In this document: positions 9,189 to 18,817 of the stretch, piece by piece
How positions within the stretch are numbered: position 1 is the stretch's first letter
Layout: each line of letters starts with the position of its first letter
Assembly: GCA_963730185.1 (NCBI GenBank)
Contig: CAVSQW010000007.1
Coordinates: 256,001 to 320,000 of the forward strand
DNA from: an uncultured Gemmatimonadales bacterium
GTDB taxonomy: Bacteria > Gemmatimonadota > Gemmatimonadetes > Gemmatimonadales > GWC2-71-9
Length of the DNA: 64,000 nt
Reading direction: 5' to 3'
Made by a program: the position numbers and the translations under genes
Notes under the pieces: generated by a model
What the model was told of the DNA's origin: nothing
Seen by the model: only the letters and a program-made list of their open reading frames with translations
Databases searched by the model: none

Positions 9189-10561
9189 CCATGCTCTTCC
9201 TCGTCCAGACCGCCGCCCAACGGCTCGAAGCCGCGCGGTCCGGTCTCGATACCCCCCTCCCCGAGCGACTGATCGGCCTGCTCGGCATCGCGGTGATGGT
9301 CGGCATCGCGGTGCTGATGAGCTACGACCGGAAGAAGATCAACTGGCGGCTGGTGGCGACCGGCCTCGGCCTCCAGGCCCTGTTCGGCGTGGTGGTCCTC
9401 AAGACCTCGGTGGGCCGGGTGGTGTTCGCGGGACTCGGCCGCGCGGTCACCGGCCTGCTCGGCTTCCAGGAGCAGGGCGCGCGGTTCGTGTTCGGCAATC
9501 TGGTCCAGAACACGGTGCCGGTCGGCGTTCCCGGAGCGGGCGGCGGGATCGACGCGACCGCCGGCATGGTGGCGAACACGGGCTCCTATTTCGCCTTCAA
9601 CGTGCTTCCCACCATCATCTTCTTCTCCTCCCTGATGTCGGTCCTCTACTACTTGGGCGTGATGCAGCTGGTGGTGAAGGGGATCGCCTGGGGCATGCAG
9701 AAGACGCTGGGGACGTCGGGCGCCGAGACCCTCTCCGCCTCCGGCAACATCTTTCTGGGCCAGACCGAGGCGCCCCTTCTGATCAAGCCTTTCGTGAGTC
9801 GGATGACCCAGTCCGAGCTCCTCACCGTGATGGTGGGCGGGTTCGCGACCGTGGCGGGCGGGGTGCTGGCCGCCTACGTCGGGATGCTCTCGGGCGAGTT
9901 CCCCGGGATTGCGTCGCACCTCCTGGCGGCCAGCGTGATGAACGCGCCCGCCGGGCTGGTGCTCTCGAAGATCATCCGGCCCGAGGTCGAGACGCCGGTC
10001 ACGGCGGGCACCCTCGAGATGCAAATCGAGAAGACCGACAAGAGCGTCATCGAAGCGGCCGCGAGCGGCGCCGGGCAGGGGCTGCAGCTCGCCCTGAACG
10101 TGGGCGCGATGCTGATGGCCTTCATCGCGCTGGTCGCGTTGCTCAACTTCCTCCTGGGGTGGGCCGGTGGCCTGGTCGGCCTCGACGGCCTCTCGCTCCA
10201 GAGCATCCTGGGCACCCTTCTCCGTCCCCTCGCTTGGGTGATGGGCGTGCCTTGGCACGACACCAGCTACGTCGGCTCGCTGATCGGCCTCAAGACCACC
10301 CTCAACGAGTTCGTCGCCTACGCCCAGTTCGCGAGCGACCTGGGCGGTACCGCCCTGACCATCTCTCCCCGGAGCGCCGTGATCCTCACCTACGCGCTGC
10401 TTGGCTTCGCGAACTTCTCGTCGATCGCCATCCAGATCGGCGGGATCGGGGGGCTCGCGCCGGAGCGGAAGAGCGAGATCGCCGGGTTCGGCCTCCGGGC
10501 CATGATCGCCGGGAACCTGGCGGCCTTTACCTCGGCGGCCCTGGCGGGGATGCTGACATGA
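9185..10561 (+). CDS. nupC: NupC/CNT family concentrative nucleoside transporter
   Basis: FAFNVLPTIIFFSSL, NIFLGQTEAPL, NEFVAY and GFANFSSIAIQIGG motifs. Confidence 0.92.
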   Translation: MTMLFLVQTAAQRLEAARSGLDTPLPERLIGLLGIAVMVGIAVLMSYDRKKINWRLVATGLGLQALFGVVVLKTSVGRVVFAGLGRAVTGLLGFQEQGARFVFGNLVQNTVPVGVPGAGGGIDATAGMVANTGSYFAFNVLPTIIFFSSLMSVLYYLGVMQLVVKGIAWGMQKTLGTSGAETLSASGNIFLGQTEAPLLIKPFVSRMTQSELLTVMVGGFATVAGGVLAAYVGMLSGEFPGIASHLLAASVMNAPAGLVLSKIIRPEVETPVTAGTLEMQIEKTDKSVIEAAASGAGQGLQLALNVGAMLMAFIALVALLNFLLGWAGGLVGLDGLSLQSILGTLLRPLAWVMGVPWHDTSYVGSLIGLKTTLNEFVAYAQFASDLGGTALTISPRSAVILTYALLGFANFSSIAIQIGGIGGLAPERKSEIAGFGLRAMIAGNLAAFTSAALAGMLT

Positions 10562-11373
10562 GCGCCGACGTGCGACGGGCCGCCGAGGCGGTCGGGGCCC
10601 GGCTCCAGGGCCGGAAGCCGGAGGTGGCGATCGTGCTCGGCTCCGGCCTGGGCGCCCTCGCCGAACAGGTGGCCGACCCGATCCGGATCGGCTACGGCGA
10701 GATTCCCGGTTTCCACCTGCCCGGCGTCGAGGGCCACCGGGGCGAGCTCGTCTCCGGAACGTTAGGCGGCCGGCCGGTGATCGTGCAGGCCGGCCGGTTT
10801 CACATGTACGAGGGCCACTCGGCCGACGTCGCCGCCCTGCCGATCCGGGTCTTCGCCGCCTTGGGCGCCACGACGCTGGTGGTCACCAACGCCGCCGGCG
10901 GAGTCCGGACCGGGTTCGACGCCGGCACCATCATGCTGATCTCGGATCATCTGAACCTGACCGGGCGGACCCCGCTGGAGGGCCCGGTCCGGGACGGCGA
11001 GCAACGCTTCCCCGACCTGACCGAAGCCTACGACGCCGAGCTCCGGGCCCGGGCCCGGGCGATGGCGGCCCGCGAGGGCATCGCGCTCGAGGAGGGCGTC
11101 TACGCCGGCCTGCTGGGGCCGAGCTACGAGACCCCGGCCGAAATCCGGATGCTGGCCACCCTGGGCGCCGATGCCGTCGGCATGTCGACCGTGGCCGAGG
11201 TGATCGCCGCCCGCGCGCTGGGGCTCCGGGTGCTGGGCTTCTCGATCGTGACCAACGCCGCCGCCGGCCTGGGCGGCGCGATGCTCTCGCATGCCGAGGT
11301 GATGGAGGCCGCCGGGAGGACGGGCGCCGCGGTGGGGCGCCTGGTCGGGGCGGTAGTGAGTTGGGATTCGTGA
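10558..11373 (+). CDS. Purine-nucleoside phosphorylase (trimeric type)
   Basis: IVLGSGLG, GRFHMYEG, TNAAGG, GPSYETPAE and AVGMST motifs; ATGA overlap with nupC. Confidence 0.93.
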   Translation: MSADVRRAAEAVGARLQGRKPEVAIVLGSGLGALAEQVADPIRIGYGEIPGFHLPGVEGHRGELVSGTLGGRPVIVQAGRFHMYEGHSADVAALPIRVFAALGATTLVVTNAAGGVRTGFDAGTIMLISDHLNLTGRTPLEGPVRDGEQRFPDLTEAYDAELRARARAMAAREGIALEEGVYAGLLGPSYETPAEIRMLATLGADAVGMSTVAEVIAARALGLRVLGFSIVTNAAAGLGGAMLSHAEVMEAAGRTGAAVGRLVGAVVSWDS

Positions 11374-11495
11374 GTGGGGAATAGGGAGGGAGTAGTGGAT
11401 GGGGAGTAGGGGAGTGAGTAGGGCGAGGGTGGCGCCCCTACTCCCGACTCCCTACTCCCTACTCCCTCTCCCTATTCACGAGTCACGAGTCACAA
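11353..11495. repeat. Heptamer-unit inverted repeat between convergent PNP and thiD genes
   Basis: GGGAGTA/GTGAGTA arm followed by a CCCTACT/ATTCACG arm; same family as 6216-6391. Confidence 0.8.
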
Positions 11496-11496
11496 T

Positions 11497-12297
11497 TCAG
11501 TAGCCTATCGGTCCCCGTCCCTGGCCCAGGCCCGGGGCCGTCGCGATGGCGCGATGCACGAAATCGAGCGCGGTGCCCACGATCGACTCCAGCGGCGCCT
11601 CGATGCCGTGGTTCAGGGCGTGCCACCGGGCCAGGCCGGCGGCGATCGCGGCCGACAGGGTGCAGCCGGTGCCGTGCGTCGAGAGCGTCTGGATCCGGGA
11701 GTGAGAGAACCGGACCGCTTGCTCCCGGGTCACCAGGACGTCGACCAACTCGTCGCTGGCCAGGTGGCCGCCCTTGACCAGCGCGGCTCGGGCACCCGCC
11801 TCGACCAGAGCCCGGCCGGCCCGCTCCATGGCGTCGGGGTCGTTGACCGAAAATCCGACCAGGACCGAGGCTTCGTCCAGGTTCGGGGTGACCAGGGCGG
11901 CCAGCGGGACCAGACGGTCCCGAACCTGCATCTCGGCGTCGGGTTCGAGCAGGCGGTCGCCCGAGGTGGCGACCATGACCGGATCGAGCACGTAAGCGCG
12001 CCAGTGGTACCTGGCGATGGCGTCCGCGACCTGGCGGACCAGGGGGGCCGTCGCCAACATCCCGGTCTTGACCGCGTGGGGTGGCAGGTCGTCGGCGACG
12101 GCCGCGATCTGCGCCTCGACGACCTCGGCCGGGATCGGATGGACGGCCCGGACCCCGCGGGTGTTCTGGGCGGTGACGGCCACCACGGCCGAGGTGCCGT
12201 AGACCCCGAATTGGTGAAACGTCTTGAGGTCGGCCTGGATACCGGCTCCGCCGCCGGAATCCGAGCCGGCAATCGTGAGCGCGATCGGAACCATCAT
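11497..12297 (-). CDS. thiD: Hydroxymethylpyrimidine/phosphomethylpyrimidine kinase
   Basis: [42 protein letters not shown] and [14 protein letters not shown] motifs. Confidence 0.95.
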   Translation of the reverse strand: MMVPIALTIAGSDSGGGAGIQADLKTFHQFGVYGTSAVVAVTAQNTRGVRAVHPIPAEVVEAQIAAVADDLPPHAVKTGMLATAPLVRQVADAIARYHWRAYVLDPVMVATSGDRLLEPDAEMQVRDRLVPLAALVTPNLDEASVLVGFSVNDPDAMERAGRALVEAGARAALVKGGHLASDELVDVLVTREQAVRFSHSRIQTLSTHGTGCTLSAAIAAGLARWHALNHGIEAPLESIVGTALDFVHRAIATAPGLGQGRGPIGY

Positions 12298-13060
12298 GGG
12301 CGACTCCCTCCACACGCTGATTCGGGACCTGCACCGCCGTCGCGGTCGGGAGCGGCGCGGGCTGGCGCTCGCCGAGGGCGTGCGGCTGCTCGAGGAGGCC
12401 GTCGCGGCGCGGGTGCCGTTCGAGGCCGCGGTCGTGAGCCCCGCGCTGGAAGGTACGCCGCGCGGTCGCGCCCTCAAGGCGGCGCTGGCCGAGCGGGGAG
12501 TCCGGATCGCGGAGACCACGGACCACGAGCTGGTCGACCTGGCCGCCACCGAGCACCCTCAAGGAGTGGTCGCGGTGCTCCGGCTCGAGCCGCACGAGCT
12601 CAAGGCCATCCGGATCGGTCCCCGCTCGGTCGTGCTGGTGCTCGACGCCGTGCAGGACCCCGGGAACGTGGGCACCATCGTCCGGACCGCGTTCGCGCTC
12701 GGGGCCGCCGGCGTGGTGACCCTGCCGGGCACGGCGGACCTCACCAACCCCAAGACCCTCCGGGCCACCATGGGGGCCCTGTTTCGCTTGCCGGTGGTGC
12801 CCAGTCACGACGAGGCGCTCGCGGCCTGGCTCGCGGAGCACCGGCTAACCCTGGTCGTCACCGGGGCCGGCGGCGAGCCCTTCGTCCCTGCCGCGTTGCC
12901 TCGGCCCCTGGCTATGGTGTTGGGCAACGAGGGCGCCGGCGTCCGGCCCGCCCTGGCCGGCTCCCACCGGACCGTCAGCATTCCGTTGGCGGCCGGGGCG
13001 GAGTCGTTGAACGTGGCGGTCACCGCCGGGATCCTCCTCTACGGAGTCACGCGTGAGTGA
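12296..13060 (+). CDS. TrmH/SpoU family RNA 2'-O-methyltransferase
   Basis: [23 protein letters not shown] and [11 protein letters not shown] motifs. Confidence 0.92.
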   Translation: MGDSLHTLIRDLHRRRGRERRGLALAEGVRLLEEAVAARVPFEAAVVSPALEGTPRGRALKAALAERGVRIAETTDHELVDLAATEHPQGVVAVLRLEPHELKAIRIGPRSVVLVLDAVQDPGNVGTIVRTAFALGAAGVVTLPGTADLTNPKTLRATMGALFRLPVVPSHDEALAAWLAEHRLTLVVTGAGGEPFVPAALPRPLAMVLGNEGAGVRPALAGSHRTVSIPLAAGAESLNVAVTAGILLYGVTRE

Positions 13061-13826
13061 ATCGGCGACGCTGGCGCTGGTGGCGGGCCTCTTCGGGGCC
13101 GTGATCGGGAGCTTCCTCAACGTCTGCATCGTCCGGCTGCCGGCCGAGCAGTCGGTGGTGCGGCCCCGCTCCCGCTGTCCCAAGTGCGGGTCCCAGCTGG
13201 CCTGGTACGACAACGTGCCCGTCCTCTCCTGGCTGGTGCTCCGCGGCAAGTGCCGCTCCTGCGGGACGCCGATCGCGATCCTCTACCCGTTGATCGAGCT
13301 GGCCACCGCGCTCATCTGGGCCTGGATGGCCTGGCGCTTCGGGCTCACCGCCGAGGCGCTGAAGGCCGCGTTCTTCATGACGATCCTCCTCGGGATCGCG
13401 ATGACCGACGCCCGCGAGTACCTCATCCCGGACGAGTTCACCATCGGCGGCCTGGTGCTCGGCCTCTTCTTCGCCGCCTTCGCCGGCACCAGCGGGCTGC
13501 TCCACGCCGTGATCGGCGCCGCCGTGGGCTTCGGGCTGCTCTGGATCGTGGGGCAGGGCGGGACCTGGCTCTTCAAGGAAGAGGCGATGGGTGGTGGCGA
13601 CATCAAGATGATGGCCATGGTGGGGGCCTTCGTCGGCTGGCAGGGTGTGCTGCTCACCGTCTTTCTCGGCGCCCTCGCCGGGACCCTCATCTTCCTGCCC
13701 CTCACCCTGCTCGGCCGGAAGAAGCTGGTGCCGTTCGGCGTGTTTCTGTCGGCCGGCGCCGCGATCACCTTTCTCCTCGGTCCGTCGATCATGTCGTGGT
13801 ACCAGAGCTTTCTCGGGGGGGCCTGA
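13053..13826 (+). CDS. pilD: Type IV prepilin peptidase/N-methyltransferase (A24)
   Basis: [12 protein letters not shown], two CxxC pairs, MGGGDIKM and VPFGVFL motifs. Confidence 0.92.
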   Translation: MSESATLALVAGLFGAVIGSFLNVCIVRLPAEQSVVRPRSRCPKCGSQLAWYDNVPVLSWLVLRGKCRSCGTPIAILYPLIELATALIWAWMAWRFGLTAEALKAAFFMTILLGIAMTDAREYLIPDEFTIGGLVLGLFFAAFAGTSGLLHAVIGAAVGFGLLWIVGQGGTWLFKEEAMGGGDIKMMAMVGAFVGWQGVLLTVFLGALAGTLIFLPLTLLGRKKLVPFGVFLSAGAAITFLLGPSIMSWYQSFLGGA

Positions 13827-15019
13827 TGGGGCGCCGCCTGCTCATCGGCCTGCTGGCCCTCGTCGCCTCGGCCTGCCGGGGCGAGGAGCCCGGCCACGCT
13901 TCCGACGCGGCGCTTCAGGCCGTGGTCGACAGCCTCGTTCCCCAGGTAGAGAAGGCCTCCGGGATGACCTTCGCCAAGCCGCCCCGGTTCGCGGTGCGGA
14001 CCAAAGCGCAGGTGAGCGCCTACCTCAAAGCCAAGCTCGATCAGGAGTTCCCGGCTCAGAAGGTGGAGGGCGTCGAGGCGGCGTACCGGCTCCTCGACCT
14101 CCTGCCCGACACCCTCGACGTCCGCTCCGTCCTGCTCGGCCTCTACGCCGAACAGGTGGCGGGGTTCTACGACCCCGATTCCGTAACCCTCTACGCCGTC
14201 GAGGGCGCCGAGGGGAACCAGCTCCGGCTGGTGCTGGCCCACGAGCTCGTCCACGCGCTCCAGGACGAGCACCTGCCGCTCGCGAAGATGCTCAAGGACG
14301 TCACCAACGCCGACCGGCTGGCCGCCTCCCAAGCGGTGCTCGAGGGCGACGCGACGATCGTCATGCTCCGGGTGATCATGCCCGATCCGTCGGCGCTGCG
14401 CGATCCCAACTTCTGGCAGCTCTACCGCGACCAGATCAAGACGGCTCAGAGCTCGATGCCGGTCTTCAAGAGCGCGCCGCTGATCCTCCGGGAAGGCCTG
14501 ATCTTCCCGTACCTGGCGGGCGCCGAGTTCATGCGGTGGTGGGAAGGGCAGGGCAAGGGACCGCTGCCCACGCCGGAGGAGTTGCCTCGCTCCAGCGAGC
14601 AGATCCTCCATCCCGACCGCTACGCGGCGGGTGACGAGCCGGTGCCGGTCGCCTTCACGGACTCGGGCGGCAGCGTGCTCTACGAGGACACGATGGGCGA
14701 GCTGGAGCTCCAGGTCTGGAGCACGGCGATGCGGGGCGGCGGTGAGGTGGTGTCCACCCTCGCGAACGGTTGGGGCGGCGACCGCTTCCGGGTGTACCGC
14801 ACCCCCGACGGACCGGCCCTGGTGCTCTACACGGTCTGGGACGACTCGACCGCCGCCCGCCGCTTCGCCGGCGGCCCGGCCCAGCGCTTCCTGGACCGGC
14901 CCCGCGCGAAATACCGCACCACGGTCGACACCCTTACCCTCGACGGGCACCCCGGCGTCCGGGTGGTCCGAGCCCCGGATGGGTGGGCCCGATGGATGAG
15001 CCTCCCGACGGCGAGGTAG
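13826..15019 (+). CDS. Lipoprotein with gluzincin-like zinc motif
   Basis: Lipobox ASAC; AGFYDP, HELVHALQD and a downstream LEGDA. Confidence 0.7.
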   Translation: MGRRLLIGLLALVASACRGEEPGHASDAALQAVVDSLVPQVEKASGMTFAKPPRFAVRTKAQVSAYLKAKLDQEFPAQKVEGVEAAYRLLDLLPDTLDVRSVLLGLYAEQVAGFYDPDSVTLYAVEGAEGNQLRLVLAHELVHALQDEHLPLAKMLKDVTNADRLAASQAVLEGDATIVMLRVIMPDPSALRDPNFWQLYRDQIKTAQSSMPVFKSAPLILREGLIFPYLAGAEFMRWWEGQGKGPLPTPEELPRSSEQILHPDRYAAGDEPVPVAFTDSGGSVLYEDTMGELELQVWSTAMRGGGEVVSTLANGWGGDRFRVYRTPDGPALVLYTVWDDSTAARRFAGGPAQRFLDRPRAKYRTTVDTLTLDGHPGVRVVRAPDGWARWMSLPTAR

Positions 15020-15200
15020 GGACTAGGGAGTAGTGAGTCGGGACTAGGGAGTGACTGGTGATTCGGGAGTAGGTTGTGAGTAGGGGGTGAGTAGGGGACA
15101 GGCCCCTACTCACGACCGCCTATTCCCTCCCTGCTCACAACTCCCAACTCCCTCCCTACTCACAACTCCCCACTCCCCACTCACAAATCACCAGTCACAA
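15016..15200. repeat. Heptamer-unit inverted repeat between convergent genes
   Basis: GGGACTA/GGGAGTA/GTGAGTA arm then TACTCAC/AACTCCC arm; same family as 6216-6391. Confidence 0.8.
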
Positions 15201-16760
15201 CCTCTCGATCAGCTGGCTGATCGTCCAGGTCAGGACCCCCACGAACGCGCCCAGGACCCAGCCCAGCTGCACGATCAGGTGGAGCTCGCGCTCGATCACC
15301 CGCTTGATGATGTCCTCCATCACCGAGGTGGGGAAGCCGAGGATCTTCTGCTCCACCATCTCCTGGACCTCGAGCCGGGCCACCACCGAGGGTACCTGAC
15401 CCTGGACCCAGCCCCAGGCTTGATGGCTCATCGCGTCGGTGAGCCGCGCCGCGTTCTCGTCGCCGAGCCAGCCGGCCGGCCGGCCGATCGGCCGGTCCAG
15501 GAGCTTGGTCGCCCCGCTCCGGACCGCGTTCGCGATCCAGGCCTGCCCCCGCTCGCCCGCGATCGCTTCCCGAAGGAGCGCCGCCGCCTGCTCCGGCGGG
15601 AGCGCGCTCAGGAGCTTGTCCCAGGTCAGCTCGCCGGCGGCGTCGAGCAGCCGAGCCAGGCCCTCGCGGAGGGCGGTCCGGGTGGCGTCGCTCCGGGCGG
15701 CCGACACCAGCCAGTCGCCCACCGTGCCCTCCAGCTGGGCCCGCCGCTCGGCCGAGAGCCGGCGGATTCGGGAGCCTAACGAATCGCGAAGGAGCCCGTT
15801 CAGGCCATCCCGCACCGCGCCCTCGACCCGGAGCTGCATCTCGGGGGCGCTCACGGTCGCTACCAGCCGGTCGAATCCCTCGCCCTCGAAGCCGTCCACC
15901 AGTCGGGCCAGTGCCTTGTCCGTCACCACCAGCTTGGCCAGGAGCCGCTCGTGGAAGAGCAAATCGCGGCCCGCGGTGTCGAACGCCTCGCGGAGGGCCC
16001 GCCGGATCGCCGACTTCACCACCGGGTCGGCCAGCATGTCGCCCAGCCGGTCCAGGGCGGTCGGGAGCGCGTCGGTGATCGCCTGCTCGACCGGCGCCAG
16101 CAGCCCGCTCGGGAGCCGCTCCGCCAGCGGCCGCTCGTCGGCCTCGAAGGCCCGGAGCTGTTCCGCCAGCCACCCGCGCAGGGTACGCTCGATGCCCTCG
16201 CCCTCGGTGATCGCCCGGGCCCACTCGTCCACCTGCTCGGCGATCATCGTTCGGCGGGCCGGGGTGAGCATGGCGCCCACCGGCTTGCCGGCCAGCTCGG
16301 TCTTGAGCCGGGCCGACCAGCCGGCCACCAGGGTGTCGAACTCGGGTGAGGCGGTGTACTCGACGATCCGCCGTGCCACCCGCGGGCCGAGGGAGTCGAC
16401 CGCGCCCTCGATGCTGGCCACCGCGTCCGGCCCGAGCTGGTTCCGGAGGCTCCCGTGCTCCCGGTCGAGGAGGCCCGTCATCGCCCGGCGCATGGCGTCG
16501 TCGAAGGCCTCCCGGATGGCCGGGGCGCTCAGCCGCTCGGCGATGTCGGTCGAGGTGAGGAGCTTCTCACCGACCGTCTTGCCGACGCTCTTGGCCAGCC
16601 GGGCCTTGTTCTTGGGGATCGCGCCCTGGAGCTGGAACCGGCCGATTCCCTTGGGCTCGTGAGGCCGGAACAGCATCCAGATGGCGACGATGTTGGTGAT
16701 TCCACCGGCGACGGCGCCGCCGATGATGGTGGCGACCAACGAGATCAGGGTGGTCGACAT
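15195..16760 (-). CDS. DUF445 family membrane protein
   Basis: N-terminal TM ITNIVAIWMLFRP and GAIPKNK; C-terminal ELHLIVQLGWVLGAFVG. Confidence 0.85.
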   Translation of the reverse strand: MSTTLISLVATIIGGAVAGGITNIVAIWMLFRPHEPKGIGRFQLQGAIPKNKARLAKSVGKTVGEKLLTSTDIAERLSAPAIREAFDDAMRRAMTGLLDREHGSLRNQLGPDAVASIEGAVDSLGPRVARRIVEYTASPEFDTLVAGWSARLKTELAGKPVGAMLTPARRTMIAEQVDEWARAITEGEGIERTLRGWLAEQLRAFEADERPLAERLPSGLLAPVEQAITDALPTALDRLGDMLADPVVKSAIRRALREAFDTAGRDLLFHERLLAKLVVTDKALARLVDGFEGEGFDRLVATVSAPEMQLRVEGAVRDGLNGLLRDSLGSRIRRLSAERRAQLEGTVGDWLVSAARSDATRTALREGLARLLDAAGELTWDKLLSALPPEQAAALLREAIAGERGQAWIANAVRSGATKLLDRPIGRPAGWLGDENAARLTDAMSHQAWGWVQGQVPSVVARLEVQEMVEQKILGFPTSVMEDIIKRVIERELHLIVQLGWVLGAFVGVLTWTISQLIERL

Positions 16761-16954
16761 GGGGCACGGAACTTAGGGGACCGGAAGCCCGCGGGGGAAG
16801 CCCGGCGCGCCGGGGCGCTCGCCCCGGCCGGCCACCGCTCGCCCCGCCGGTCGCCGGCCCGGCGTGAGCGACCCTGGCTCGTCCTGGAGGGGCGGGGTAT
16901 CGTCCCAGCCATCGTACCCGAGACCCAGGGAGTCTCCGCCGTGCCCGTTCGCCG

Positions 16955-18046
16955 ATGACCTCGACCACCCCCGGATCGACCGCCCGAGCGCCGGGCCCCT
17001 GGAAGATCGCGACCATCGCCGCGCTCGGCTGGACCACGATCGGCCTCCTCGCCTCCGCCGCCGCGTACGCCAGCTGGGTGCGGGAGGAGTTGGGCGTGTC
17101 CTTCCCGGTCGCGGTGCTGCTCAATCTCCCGACCTGGCTTTTCTGGGCGGCGGTGACCCCGGCGATCGTCTGGCTGGGTCGCCGGTGGCCGCCCCGCTGG
17201 CGACTCGGCGCCATGCTTCCGCACCTGCTCGCCGTGGTGGTGCTCGCGGTCGCGCTCTCGGCCCTGGTCGCCTTCGTGAACGCCTCGGTCAATCCGTTCC
17301 GCGAGCCGGTGCGCTTCGGCCCGACCTTCATCGGGTACCTCACCAACCGCTGGCAGTACGCCCTCCTGATCTATGCCGGCACCCTGGGGACCTGGACCGC
17401 CTGGGACGCCTGGCAGCGGTTGGCTGAGCGCGAGCTCCACGCCGCCCAGCTCGAAGCCCAGCTGGCGGGCGCCCGGCTCGACGCGCTCCGCCGGCAGCTC
17501 GATCCCCACTTTCTGTTCAACACCCTCCAGACCGTCTCCGCCCTGGTCTCCGAGGATCCCCGCGCCGCCCAGCGGACCCTCGCCCTCCTCGGCGACCTGC
17601 TCCGGACCGTGCTGGAGGGCGGCGGCCGGCAGGAGATCCCCCTCGACCAGGAGCTGAGCTTCCTGGACCGCTACCTCGAGATCGAGCGGACCCGCTTTCC
17701 CGACCGCCTCCGGGTCCGCCTCGCGATTGACGACCGGGCCCGCGCGCTCCTGGTGCCGCCCTTCCTGCTCCAGCCGCTGGTCGAGAACGCCGTTCGCTAC
17801 GCGGTCGCGCCCCGGTCGGAGGAGGCGCACGTCGAAGTGGAGGTGGTGGTCGATCGGGATCGGCTCCGGCTGGCCGTCCGCGACGACGGCCCCGGGCCGG
17901 CCCCCGATGCCACCGAGGGCGTGGGCCTCCGCGCCACCCGGGCCCGGCTCGACACGCTGTACGGCGCCGACCACCGCTTCGTCCTGCGCCGCCGACCGGA
18001 GGGTGGGGCCGAGGCCCTGATCGAGCTTCCGGCGAAGGCCCCATGA
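16955..18046 (+). CDS. LytS-like sensor histidine kinase
   Basis: About four TM helices; QLDPHFLFNTL, LQPLVENAVRY and GVGL motifs. Confidence 0.92.
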   Translation: MTSTTPGSTARAPGPWKIATIAALGWTTIGLLASAAAYASWVREELGVSFPVAVLLNLPTWLFWAAVTPAIVWLGRRWPPRWRLGAMLPHLLAVVVLAVALSALVAFVNASVNPFREPVRFGPTFIGYLTNRWQYALLIYAGTLGTWTAWDAWQRLAERELHAAQLEAQLAGARLDALRRQLDPHFLFNTLQTVSALVSEDPRAAQRTLALLGDLLRTVLEGGGRQEIPLDQELSFLDRYLEIERTRFPDRLRVRLAIDDRARALLVPPFLLQPLVENAVRYAVAPRSEEAHVEVEVVVDRDRLRLAVRDDGPGPAPDATEGVGLRATRARLDTLYGADHRFVLRRRPEGGAEALIELPAKAP

Positions 18047-18807
18047 CCGGCGACCTGACCGTCCTGCTCGTTGACGACGAGCCCGTGATCCGCCGGGGAC
18101 TCCGCCGGTTGCTCGACCAGGAAGCCGGGGTGAGCGTGGTCGGCGAAGCCCGGAACGGACGCGAGGCGCTGGAGCTGGTCGATGCCCTCGATCCCGATCT
18201 TCTCTTTCTCGACGTCAGGATGCCCGAGGTGGACGGTCTCGAGGTGGCCCGGGCCCTCAGCACCGGGGGGCGGCCCGGGATCGTGTTCGTGACGGCCTAC
18301 GACCGCTACGCCGTCGCCGCGTTCGAACACCACGCCATCGATTACCTCCTCAAGCCGTTCGACGACGTCCGGGTCAGGACCGCCCTGACCCGGGCCCGCG
18401 ACCGCCTGGCCCGGCCCGGCGCGGCCGCCCTGGGAGCCCGGATGCGGAGCCTGCTCGAACAGTTGAGCGGCCCCGAACAGCGATTCGTGGTCCGGGTGGG
18501 ACGGAAGGTCCGGCTGATCGATCCCGACGACGTGGATTGGATCGAGGCGGCCGACAACTACGTCCGCCTGCATGCGGGCGAGGGGCGACACGTGGTCCGG
18601 GAGACGCTCCGGGACCTGGAGCGCCGGCTGGGCGGCGGCCGCTTCGTCCGGATCCACCGGTCGGCCATGGTCAACGTGTCACGGGTCAAGGAGCTGGTGG
18701 CCCAGCCCGGCGGCGACTACACCGTCCTCCTGACCACCGGCGATCGGCTCCGGCTGAGCCGCCGGTACCGGGAGCGGTTCGAGGCGCTGATCGGCCGGGC
18801 GCTCTGA
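18043..18807 (+). CDS. LytTR family response regulator
   Basis: Receiver (FLDVRMP, FVTAYD, YLLKP) plus LytTR (EAADNYV, FVRIHRS, LSRRY). Confidence 0.95.
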   Translation: MTGDLTVLLVDDEPVIRRGLRRLLDQEAGVSVVGEARNGREALELVDALDPDLLFLDVRMPEVDGLEVARALSTGGRPGIVFVTAYDRYAVAAFEHHAIDYLLKPFDDVRVRTALTRARDRLARPGAAALGARMRSLLEQLSGPEQRFVVRVGRKVRLIDPDDVDWIEAADNYVRLHAGEGRHVVRETLRDLERRLGGGRFVRIHRSAMVNVSRVKELVAQPGGDYTVLLTTGDRLRLSRRYRERFEALIGRAL

Positions 18808-18817
18808 CCCGGCCGGG

